From an uncultured Methylomirabilota bacterium (GTDB lineage: Bacteria > Methylomirabilota > Methylomirabilia > Methylomirabilales > 2-02-FULL-66-22): a stretch of DNA of 64,000 nucleotides. The stretch is taken from NCBI GenBank assembly GCA_963705305.1, contig OY970067.1, positions 896,001-960,000 of the forward strand. The letters are read 5' to 3'. How positions within the stretch are numbered: the stretch's first letter is position 1; every line of letters starts with the position of its first letter. A model generated the notes under the pieces. The model was not told the DNA's origin and ran no database searches. It saw nothing but the letters and a program-made list of their open reading frames with translations. Made by a program: the position numbers and the translations under genes. Below are positions 28,900 through 37,446 of this stretch, in pieces.

Positions 28900-30414
28900 A
28901 TGGTGAAACGACTACAGTGCTTGATAAGCGGGGAATGGCAAGATAGCCAGGGCGGCAAATACCTGTCAGTGCATAACCCGAGCACCGGTGAGATCATGGC
29001 CGAGGTCCCCCGGTGCTCTGCTGGCGAGGTGGATGCGGCCGTCCAGGCGGCAGCTGACGCCTTCCCTGCCTGGCGCGACACGCCGGTCACTCGGCGGGTT
29101 CATGTGATGTTCAAATTCCGAGAGCTTCTTAATCACCACTTGCACGACCTTGCGATCCTTCTGGCCACTGAGATGGGGAAGACGTATACGGAAGCCCGAG
29201 GGGACGTGTTGAAGGCAATCGAGGTCGTCGAACTGGCTTGCGGGATCCCGGCCATGATGCAGGGCGACGCGCTGATGAACGTGTCCGCGGGATTCGATAC
29301 AGTAAGTTACCGCGAGCCCCTCGGCGTCTGCGTAGGTATTGCCCCCTGGAACTTCCCAGCGATGATTCCCATGGGCTGGATGACTCCTCTCGCGCTGACC
29401 ACGGGAAACACCTACGTCCTGAAAGCGGCCAGCTTCGTCCCGCAGACAGCCATGCGCATGGCCGAGTTCCTGCTCCAGTCCGGACTCCCAGCGGGAGTAT
29501 TCAATCTGGTGACCGCAGGCCGCGCGGAGGCAGAGTTGCTGCTAAGCCACCCCCGGGTACGAGGGGTGACGTTCGTTGGATCGACCAGTGTTGGCCAGCA
29601 CGTCTACGCGGTTGGGGCAGCGCACGGAAAGCGCGTGCAGTGCCTGACAGAGGCCAAGAACCATGCCCTCGTCTTGCGAGACGCCCCGATCCGGGCGACG
29701 GCTCAGCGCATCATCAACTCAGCCTTCGGGTGTGCGGGCGAGCGCTGTATGGCACTCCCGGTCATTGCGGTCGAGGAACCGATCGCGGACGAACTTGTCG
29801 CGACGATCTGCGCCTTCGCAAAGCAGCGGAAACTCGGGCCAGCCTGGGAGGAGGCCACCGAACTCGGGCCGCTTGCCACCGGTGAGCACAAGGCCTTCGT
29901 GCTCGACTGGATCAAGAGATCTCTCGAAGAGGGCGCAAGGCTGGTCCTAGACGGCCGCGGCGTCTCCGTCCCCGGCTGCGAGGGTGGCTACTTCCTCGGG
30001 CCGACCGTCTTCGATCATGTGACTCCAGAGATGCGCTGCGGGTGGGAGGAGGTATTCGGCCCCGTCCTGTATGTCAAGCGGGTCCAGGGATTCGAGGAGG
30101 GCGTGGAATTGATCAACGCCAGCGCCTTCGCCAACGGCGCTTCTATCTTCACGCGGAGCGGCCATTACGCCCGGGAATTCGCCCGACGCATCGACGGCGG
30201 AATGGTTGGGATCAACGTGGGGATTCCCGTTCCCTTCGCTGCTTTTCCCTTCTGCGGGCACAAGCAGAGTTTCTTCGGTGACCTCCATGTCTTGGGGATG
30301 GACGGTATCGCGTTCTTCACGGAAACCAAGGCTGTCACCAGCTACTGGTTTGGCGACGCAGACCTGAAAGGCGAGCAGGTAGGCACGTGGGAAGGGACGG
30401 TTAGCCGCTCCTGA
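28900..30414 (+). CDS. mmsA: CoA-acylating (methyl)malonate-semialdehyde dehydrogenase
   Basis: PWNFP.MIP, FVGST.VG, AKNH, SAFGCAGERCMA, EE.FGPV, GINVGIPVP, SFFGDLH. Confidence 0.9.
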   Translation: MVKRLQCLISGEWQDSQGGKYLSVHNPSTGEIMAEVPRCSAGEVDAAVQAAADAFPAWRDTPVTRRVHVMFKFRELLNHHLHDLAILLATEMGKTYTEARGDVLKAIEVVELACGIPAMMQGDALMNVSAGFDTVSYREPLGVCVGIAPWNFPAMIPMGWMTPLALTTGNTYVLKAASFVPQTAMRMAEFLLQSGLPAGVFNLVTAGRAEAELLLSHPRVRGVTFVGSTSVGQHVYAVGAAHGKRVQCLTEAKNHALVLRDAPIRATAQRIINSAFGCAGERCMALPVIAVEEPIADELVATICAFAKQRKLGPAWEEATELGPLATGEHKAFVLDWIKRSLEEGARLVLDGRGVSVPGCEGGYFLGPTVFDHVTPEMRCGWEEVFGPVLYVKRVQGFEEGVELINASAFANGASIFTRSGHYAREFARRIDGGMVGINVGIPVPFAAFPFCGHKQSFFGDLHVLGMDGIAFFTETKAVTSYWFGDADLKGEQVGTWEGTVSRS

Positions 30415-31029
30415 TTGGCTCGATAAAGGCGCTCGGCTACAGCTTCGACAAGAGGGACCTTGAGCGTCTGTCCTACATCCCAAGCGGATACGTCGACAAC
30501 GAGAACAGGGAACGGCGTATACAGGATTTGCTCACGCAGATCCTGGAGGGCACCCGGACGTTCCCCGTGCCGATAGGCCAGCCACCGGGACCGACGAATC
30601 CCTTCCCGCCTCCCCCATAACCCGGTGAGGAGCTTGGAGGAAACCTTCCGGCGTCCTCAATCACGTCTACCCGCCTGTGGTCGGCAATGATCTCGTCTCT
30701 CGATAGCTAATCTATCGATTCTAATGGAATCCGGGACGTTGCCATGTATGGCATGTTGCGTGAGGATAGCGTCACCATGGCCTGCCAGGCGCGCCTCGGC
30801 GTGCTGGCGCCGGCCGTCTGCCAGGCCGTCGGCCTGTTGGCCGATTCTCTTTGGAGCGGTGGCCGACGTGCGCCGGTGCACGGCGATCCGTCGGCGCCAG
30901 GCAGTGTGCCGACAGCCCGATGGAGGTCGGGGTGCCGCGTGAGCGAACCGTCTCACGGTGGTTATGGATGCAGGGACAAGACGAATTCCCTTGCACGTGA
31001 CGAACATGGCAACGTCCCCTATTACACCT

Positions 31030-31244
31030 ATTACACGCACATCTCCCTGACCGCCGTCGCCGAGGGGCTGGGCAGCGGCATCATCGGCTTTGGCGGGGAG
31101 GAGAAGAAGGCCGTGGAGGCCCTCCTGGGGCTGCCCGCCGGCTACGAACTGGTCTGTATCATGAAGTTCGGGGTGCCCGCAGGGCCCGTCACGAAACCGC
31201 CGATGCGACGCGAATTCAGCTGGCTGCACACGAACACGTTCTAG
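31030..31244 (+). pseudogene. Nitroreductase C-terminal fragment
   Basis: HISLTAVAEGLGS......V..LLGLP.GYE.V.....G.P; no recognisable N-terminus. Confidence 0.6.
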
Positions 31245-31346
31245 CGGCAGGGGACCGGGGCCCTGGCCAGGGCCTGGCCGCTCTCGGGCCGCCAGGCCGG
31301 GGCAGCAGTCGCAATCGCCTGGAGGGAGCCTGGAGACGAGCCCGCG

Positions 31347-31610
31347 ATGCCCACGATTGTGACGTACACGGATGCGAAACCTCCCATCAATCGCTTCCCC
31401 CGGCGGATCATCTCACCCACGCGCTCGGGCCCCTGCTGCTTCTCGGCGATGGAGGACCTCGGGCCGGTCCGGCACGCGGACCGGTACGAGTACGCCTACC
31501 GGCGCTGCCGGACCTGTGGGTTCACGGTGCGGGTGATCGTACGCTCCCTGCCCGACCAAGTGCGGATCGCCAAACTCCAGAAGCTCTTCGCCACCGCGCT
31601 CAGCCGGTAG
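31347..31610 (+). CDS. Small hypothetical protein (CC...CxxC)
   Basis: 87 aa, host-like GC3 usage, GGAG upstream, PCC and CRTCG. Confidence 0.65.
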   Translation: MPTIVTYTDAKPPINRFPRRIISPTRSGPCCFSAMEDLGPVRHADRYEYAYRRCRTCGFTVRVIVRSLPDQVRIAKLQKLFATALSR

Positions 31611-32108
31611 CCTGCGAGCGGCGCCCCTGGTTTGGCCACTGACCCTCGCGTTGGAAGCCAGCCTCACCCATCTGGAGACCACTGTCGCGGGTCCCGGCGA
31701 CTTGCCGGATCGCCCCCGCCCCCTTGGCTCAGTCACCGAGTCCTGGTGTGAGCCTATCCGTAAGCAACCGGCTTCTCCGAAAGCCACCAGACCCGTGGTC
31801 TCCGGCCCGAGGGCGCTTCGAAGCCATCATAAACAACCGTCTCCCTTGAAAACAACCGACCGGTTGTTTACACCGCGGCGCTCCCTCTGGTCTGAATTTC
31901 GTTCCCATCCGGCCCCTATAGGGGCGGGGTGGAAAATCCAAAAATCGCCGCTCGCCAACTCATTCCCCGGGCCATCCTCAATCTTCTTGTCGAAGTCTCC
32001 CACGCAGAGGCCCTCGGCCTGACCTACCAGGCGTTGGTGGGCGTCATCGGCACCGCATCCCTCCTGTATCGGCACCCCCGTGTTACTAAGACGGCGCCCT
32101 AATTGTCA

Positions 32109-32137
32109 TTGACACTCCCCCAACCCTTCGATAGGCT
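32109..32137 (+). promoter_or_regulatory. Sigma70-type promoter of the TIR-like gene unit
   Basis: TTGACA (32109-14), 17 bp spacer, TAGGCT (32132-37). Confidence 0.6.
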
Positions 32138-32270
32138 CTCGCAGGCTAAATTCTGCATTCCAGCTCCCGATTCCGGGCGTCGCGTGCGGCGCGAGGGTAT
32201 TCATTGCTAATACGCCGAAACCCTCATCGCGTGCGTTGCATCCGATCGCAAGCCTACAGGAGGAATGCGA

Positions 32271-33365
32271 ATGGCACTCCCAATTCGAGCCACACTTGAG
32301 GACGTGAATCAAACCTGTACCTATCTCGCTACCAAGCCCACGGGCGCAACACTAAAGGATATTTCTGGTGTGCTTGGTGACAAACTCGCTGACGCCCGTC
32401 GGATCAATGCTCTCGAAATGTGGGGCTTAATTCAGGCCCAGGACGAAGGCCGGTACAAAGTAACAGAAGATGGCCGAAGCTGTGCCAGAGGCGAAGACGA
32501 CAAGAGGGCCGTTCTCCAGGCCGTAATCCGCCGCATACCAGCATATCTAGCCATTATCGAACGCGCCGCTCATCGACGAGAAGACGCCCTCACAACGGCA
32601 GACGTTGGCTCCCACTGGCACGACCATTTCAAGGAACAAGCCAGTGAATCAGAGGACCAACTAAAATTGCAGGCTATCTCCTTTTTCCAAGTTGCTGAAG
32701 GTGCAGGACTCGGTACGATGATTATCGGCCGGCGCGGTGCCCCTACTAGATTCAGCTTCAATACTGCGGCACTCGCCCAATTCGTCGGTGCTGCGCCGCC
32801 GAGCATCAAAGACGCGCCAACCTCAACGCCAGCTGCCACCACAACCTCTCAGCTCACTCCAGACACAGAAAAAGGTGACATTACACCCCGCACCACGCCT
32901 AGCCCCGGTGCTGGAACCGTTCCCCGCACCGGACAAGGAATCTTCATCGCGCATGGCAAGAACAAGAAGCCGCTGGAGCAATTGAAGAAGATCCTGGAGC
33001 AGTTCAAGATTCCCTACAAGATCGCCATCGAAGAGCCGAATCTCGGACGGCCGATCAGCGGTAAAGTCCGGGACATCATGGAATCCTGCAACTGCGCAAT
33101 ACTCGTTTTCACCGCTGACGAAGAACTCAAGACAAAGGCGGGTGAAACGATTTGGCGACCCAGTGAGAATGTCGTGTATGAACTTGGCGCGTCTGGTTAC
33201 CTGTATGACAATCGAATCGTGATTATGAAGGAGGAGGGGGTTACGTTCCCGGCCAACTTCAAAGATATCGGATACATCTCTTTTGACAAGGACCAGCTCG
33301 ACGCGAAAGCGATGGACATCTTGAAGGAGCTTATTGGTTTCGGCATCGTGAAGGTTTCGACATGA
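32271..33365 (+). CDS. TIR-like nucleotide-binding domain protein (PF10137 / Cap12-type TIR) with N-terminal helical/wHTH region
   Basis: C-terminal IFIAHG...P...AILVFTADE...RPSENVVYELG...E.GV.FP.N...I.YI.F; P/T-rich linker; SD AGGAGG. Confidence 0.85.
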   Translation: MALPIRATLEDVNQTCTYLATKPTGATLKDISGVLGDKLADARRINALEMWGLIQAQDEGRYKVTEDGRSCARGEDDKRAVLQAVIRRIPAYLAIIERAAHRREDALTTADVGSHWHDHFKEQASESEDQLKLQAISFFQVAEGAGLGTMIIGRRGAPTRFSFNTAALAQFVGAAPPSIKDAPTSTPAATTTSQLTPDTEKGDITPRTTPSPGAGTVPRTGQGIFIAHGKNKKPLEQLKKILEQFKIPYKIAIEEPNLGRPISGKVRDIMESCNCAILVFTADEELKTKAGETIWRPSENVVYELGASGYLYDNRIVIMKEEGVTFPANFKDIGYISFDKDQLDAKAMDILKELIGFGIVKVST

Positions 33366-33439
33366 GATAGGAAACCGTCCGGCCGACGCATTGAGCCTGC
33401 TCGATACAAGCGACTTGGGTGGAGGCTCGGTCAGTGACG

Positions 33440-33841
33440 ATGGAGGTTTTCGAAAGAGCGGTGGCAGCCAACGCCCTCTGGCTTGTGCCTGTCGTGCTCC
33501 TCCTTCTCCAGTTCGCTATGAAGCTATGGATCGGGGAAGGAATTAGCGGACTTGCTACATGGAGACAACTGCTTCAGTCTCCCGTGGAGATAGGTTTTCT
33601 TGCCCTGTCGTTCGTCGCATCCTTGGTAATTTCCAGTCCGACGAGAGCCAATCCAGCGTTTGTTACCTGCTTGATTTTCTTTGTCTTGCTCTTCGCCTCC
33701 ATTCTAATCTGGAAGCTATCACCAATCGCACTGAACGCTAGAGACATCAAAATTTCTTTCGCCCTATTTGCCCTCAACTCAGCCATCACAATTCCAATGC
33801 TTGTCTTTAGCATCAACATGCTAGTCGAGGGCAGGCCATGA
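33440..33841 (+). CDS. Hypothetical integral membrane protein (about 4 TM)
   Basis: Four hydrophobic segments; stop overlaps the next ATG (ATGA). Confidence 0.75.
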   Translation: MEVFERAVAANALWLVPVVLLLLQFAMKLWIGEGISGLATWRQLLQSPVEIGFLALSFVASLVISSPTRANPAFVTCLIFFVLLFASILIWKLSPIALNARDIKISFALFALNSAITIPMLVFSINMLVEGRP

Positions 33842-34536
33842 GTGCCAATGACTTGCTTCTATACACGCTTCCGGCTCTAGTCGTTGGCCTAGTTGCTCTT
33901 CTCTTCTATGCGATTCGCCTCTCCGCACACTCCCGAGCAGAGTTAGAGTATCGCAGCGATACATTTAGACTTTCAATTGAAAAGCAAATCCAGCAACTCA
34001 CCGAGCAACTCCTTCAGAGTCGAGCTAGGTTTGAGAGCCTGAATCATCTACTTCTTGAAGCACAGCGCAGCCGCCGCGAACACCCCGCGTCTATAGCTGT
34101 TTCCACCTCGTTTTTCGAGGATCTAGGTGTCGACATCACCGCTTCAGTTGATCCCCGCCTTGTGTTCGTTCTTACGCCGTTCCACCCGGACTTTGATGAA
34201 GACTACAAAGTTATCAAACGCGCGCTGACGGATCAGCAATTCACCTGTACTAGAGGTGATGACGATCCCCACTCATCCAACATCCTGCCTTACGTTCTCA
34301 AGCAAGTAGCGAAGGCGCGCCTTGTAATCGCGAACATTTCAGGTCGAAATCCCAACGTCATGTACGAGCTCGGCATTGCGCACGCAATGGGAAAGCCGGT
34401 CCTCATGGTCTCCCGTAGCAGCGACGACATTCCCTTCGACCTCGCTAGCACCCGAATCCTGACCTACGAGGATTCATCCGACCTCGAAAAGGGACTCCGG
34501 AATTGGGTCGTCCATTCACTCGCCCGGTCGGCCTAA
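33838..34536 (+). CDS. N-terminal TM + coiled coil + nucleoside 2-deoxyribosyltransferase-like (TIR/NDT-fold) protein
   Basis: VFVLTPF...RGDD...A.LVIANISGRNPNVMYELGIAHAMGKPV...IPFDL...RIL.Y. Confidence 0.82.
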   Translation: MSANDLLLYTLPALVVGLVALLFYAIRLSAHSRAELEYRSDTFRLSIEKQIQQLTEQLLQSRARFESLNHLLLEAQRSRREHPASIAVSTSFFEDLGVDITASVDPRLVFVLTPFHPDFDEDYKVIKRALTDQQFTCTRGDDDPHSSNILPYVLKQVAKARLVIANISGRNPNVMYELGIAHAMGKPVLMVSRSSDDIPFDLASTRILTYEDSSDLEKGLRNWVVHSLARSA

Positions 34537-34600
34537 ACAGCAACTGATCTGACCGTTGGACCATTCGCCCTCACCGTAGCCGCTCATCGCGGACGTAGCC
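34531..34600 (+). other. Degenerate attC-like site
   Basis: GCCTAAAC...GACCGTTGG...CATTCGC...GCCGCTCATCGCGGACGTAGCC, colinear with the attC-like site at 52479; overlaps the preceding stop codon. Confidence 0.55.
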
Positions 34601-34791
34601 CTCACTCCAACGAAAGCTCTTCATCCCAGCATCCGGATTCGCCCGCATGGCGAGCCATCCACAACCCGAACCGAGTTCCTCATATTATCGATCCAAAAAT
34701 CATTCTCCCGTATTCTAGTCATACCCAGTTATTGACCACTCCCCGTCCCGTAACCACATGATTAAATTGGCGAAAACGTGGTCGCAGCATA

Positions 34792-34822
34792 AACGCGGGT
34801 TCGAATCCCGCTGGGGACACCA
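34792..34822 (+). other. 3' fragment of tRNA-Glu (att-site-like remnant, not a full tRNA)
   Basis: AACGCGGGTTCGAATCCCGCTGGGGACACCA: T-arm, GGGGAC acceptor strand and CCA; no 5' half upstream. Confidence 0.75.
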
Positions 34823-35313
34823 AGCATATATACCCCCATGTTGTCACTGAATCGCATTGCGAAATTTCGAGGAGTCGTGGCGGCATAGCGCGCCGGAGGT
34901 CCGGAGCGAATACGCTCGCCGAAAGCGCCCATTCACGTCAAAGGACCATCGAGATGAAGAGGACGAAACGACTCCGAAAGCAACCAACGCATATCGAACT
35001 CCGCGTTGTCCTCACGTCGAACAGCGCGGCGGCAACGATTTCAGGAGACGGATCGTTCCACCAGATGCGCTTCAATGTATCCGGCGAGAAAGCTGCCGTC
35101 GAGTATCTCGGCCGAATGTTCGCAGACGAGGGCTGGTCGGGCTACGCGCCATTGGTCGGCGGTCCCTGGGGCGGGAAGATCGGACAGAGTCTCCCGAAGC
35201 TGCTCGAACGTCCTCGACCAACTGAATCACGACACGCCAGCCCGACTGCGCCAAGTGCCGTGCGCCACAGGTCAGCGTCCCGACGCACGGGGAGATGGCT
35301 GGCAGATTTCCCC

Positions 35314-35456
35314 TTGACGCGGCCGGGCGGGGGGTGCTAGCGTCCCAGCCGTTCGTTTTGCCCTGCTGTGGTTCCCCCGGGTTGGCCCCACCACGGCCGT
35401 TCCTGCTTGGCCGGCCGTGGTTGTCAAGCCGGGCCGGTTTTCCAACTTCCTATCCG
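35314..35456 (+). mobile_element. IS91/ISCR-type oriIS end, orphan copy 1
   Basis: Ends in GTTTTCCAACTTCCTATCCG (identical at 48582-48601), resembling the ..TTCCTAT.. oriIS consensus; TTGACG-18-TAGCGT upstream. Confidence 0.6.
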
Positions 35457-35679
35457 TTGGTCTTGCGGGTGACGTTGAATTGCGCTGCGAGCTCGTAGTC
35501 GCTGCCCGTGACCTTCTGGATCGCGGCGCGTGTCGCGGGCGTGGTCGTCGCGTTCTTGTGCAAGGCAATCATCATGTTCGGCCCCTCCTGTCGCATCCTA
35601 CCATGACAGCAAAGAGAACCTCTCAACCCATCAACAGCGGACGCTTGGATTGTAGAATCCAATCATCCGGAACTTGACA
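35457..35679 (-). mobile_element. IS481-family remnant (end plus transposase N-terminus)
   Basis: MMIALHKNATTTPATRAAIQ....ELAAQFNVT..T; TGT terminus at 35679 on the minus strand; cut at the oriIS. Confidence 0.75.
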
Positions 35680-35996
35680 GGTAGCAGACGAGCCTTATCG
35701 CGACAAAACCGTCGAAATCGCCTTGCTGGTCGTTTCCATCGCCTCTGTCCTCAACGGGTTGCAATGGAGGCGGAACTTATCGATATCGCAGCGTCATTTC
35801 ATGCAGATTTGGGTACCACACGAGCAATTCGAAGCGGCCCAGAAACCGCGGTGACGGGGTGTCCACCGAATCCTGGGAACTCCAGACCGGAGCAAGTGCG
35901 AGCAATAGGACAGTCGTCAGTCAGACTGTCCCCAGCGCTCATAATCGACGGAAGCCGAGTGTCAGCGCTTACTGCGCGCCGCAAGAAAAAGAGCAC

Positions 35997-37379
35997 ATGA
36001 AACGCCAACTCGCTGGAGGGATCTTAGCCAAAGAAGGTCGAGTACTGCTCGTCAGACCAGAGACAGGCAATCCAGCTGTAGATGAGATGTGGTCGCTGCC
36101 AACGGGAGAGATACGGGAACATGAGAGCGGTGAGCAGGCGTTGCTTAGGGTCGTGGAGGAGACGACAGGCCTGGATGTTCATATCTCTCGAGCGCTACTT
36201 GTACACGAATCGCCGGAGTTAGCGATCGCGCTATTCGAGGCGTCGATACTTGACAGCTCGCGCGCGCACGACGCGAGTCCTTTAGAGTGTGGCCTCTTTG
36301 CGTTCGATGATCTGCCGCAGCGAATCCTTATCGACAGCATGTTGTGCATTGCGAAATACCAAGTCATCAGCGCACACTTAGGTGAACACCCATTCAACAT
36401 CATTGATAGAGTGTTCGCGTCAATCTTTTACTCCCACTTAGCTCCACATCTTGGGCACTTCCGTCTCACAAACGACATCGAAGTCTACAAGTACATTGTA
36501 CTCAGCACGCCATATCGCAAGTTCAAGTCGGTCGTGCCATTTCTCTTGTCCAGGTGCGACGTTGCCAAGAACTATTTGTTTCTGATACCAGAGTTTTGTT
36601 TTGCAATATGGACGCTCTTGGATGATTGTCACGATGAGACATCGCACAGATATGGTCACAAGAGCGCGTTGCTGAACTTTGGCAAGCGAGCGTCATTGAT
36701 CGCATTGTTTAGATCGCTCCACAACATGACGGGCCTGCTCGATGGCGAGCTGTCATCACCAAGTGTAACGAAAATAGTCTCTGCCCTGAGTCAGTCCGCA
36801 TCGGTGCTACAACAGAGAGGCCAGAATGGCCTTGAAACAGACATCGACGCCTATCTGGGCCAGAGCACTGACAGGACAGAGTTCCTGCGAGCTGCGTGGG
36901 TCGGCGTGTTGGAGGAGACCGGCTACGACCCGGAGAAGCGCGACATACTCTGCGATGTTCAAAGGCGCTCTTCACGGATCGGTCAATTGATCAACGATTA
37001 CTTCGATATTGAACGAGACCAACTGCAGGACTTCGAGCAGAAGATAGCAAGCGCCCACTGGTTGTTGCTCTGCCGTCAGGCCGCTGAAGAAGACAGAGCC
37101 TTGTTACGTCAGCTATGGTCAGGAGTGGAAGGCGGCAGAGAACAATACCTCGCTCTCCTGGACAAGTACGACATAAGAAGTGTGTTGCGTCAGATGATTA
37201 GGGACGCGCTAGTCCGGATCGTCAGCCGCATTGAGGAGTCGGGGCTTGACACAGATGAGAAAGCCATTTTGATCGCTTGGCACCAGATGTCATTTGTCCA
37301 TTTCTACCGAGAGATCGATGACGTGAGTGTGTTGTCGTCCTTTCTTGCGTCGGTTGAGAACCTCTTGATCAAACGCTAG
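35997..37379 (+). CDS. NUDIX domain fused to class I isoprenyl-diphosphate-synthase / terpenoid-synthase fold
   Basis: WSLPTGEIREHESGEQALLRVVEETTGL (degenerate Nudix box); LLDDCHDETSHRYG (FARM-like); GQLINDYFD (SARM-like). Confidence 0.75.
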   Translation: MKRQLAGGILAKEGRVLLVRPETGNPAVDEMWSLPTGEIREHESGEQALLRVVEETTGLDVHISRALLVHESPELAIALFEASILDSSRAHDASPLECGLFAFDDLPQRILIDSMLCIAKYQVISAHLGEHPFNIIDRVFASIFYSHLAPHLGHFRLTNDIEVYKYIVLSTPYRKFKSVVPFLLSRCDVAKNYLFLIPEFCFAIWTLLDDCHDETSHRYGHKSALLNFGKRASLIALFRSLHNMTGLLDGELSSPSVTKIVSALSQSASVLQQRGQNGLETDIDAYLGQSTDRTEFLRAAWVGVLEETGYDPEKRDILCDVQRRSSRIGQLINDYFDIERDQLQDFEQKIASAHWLLLCRQAAEEDRALLRQLWSGVEGGREQYLALLDKYDIRSVLRQMIRDALVRIVSRIEESGLDTDEKAILIAWHQMSFVHFYREIDDVSVLSSFLASVENLLIKR

Positions 37380-37446
37380 CCTCTCTGAGGTGCTCACGTG
37401 CCACCCACGGTGTTCGCTAGCTTAGCCAAGACTAGGAGGCACATTT

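Noticed and set aside
30750..30920. Possible degraded gmhA (phosphoheptose isomerase) N-terminus
   Set aside because: Only a vague resemblance; the GNGGS motif is not intact.
34745..34822. Complete tRNA gene
   Set aside because: Only the T-arm and 3' acceptor strand are present; the upstream sequence cannot form the D and anticodon arms.
34954..35340. 128-aa ORF after the tRNA fragment
   Set aside because: No motifs, and it runs into the oriIS relic; coding status unsupported.
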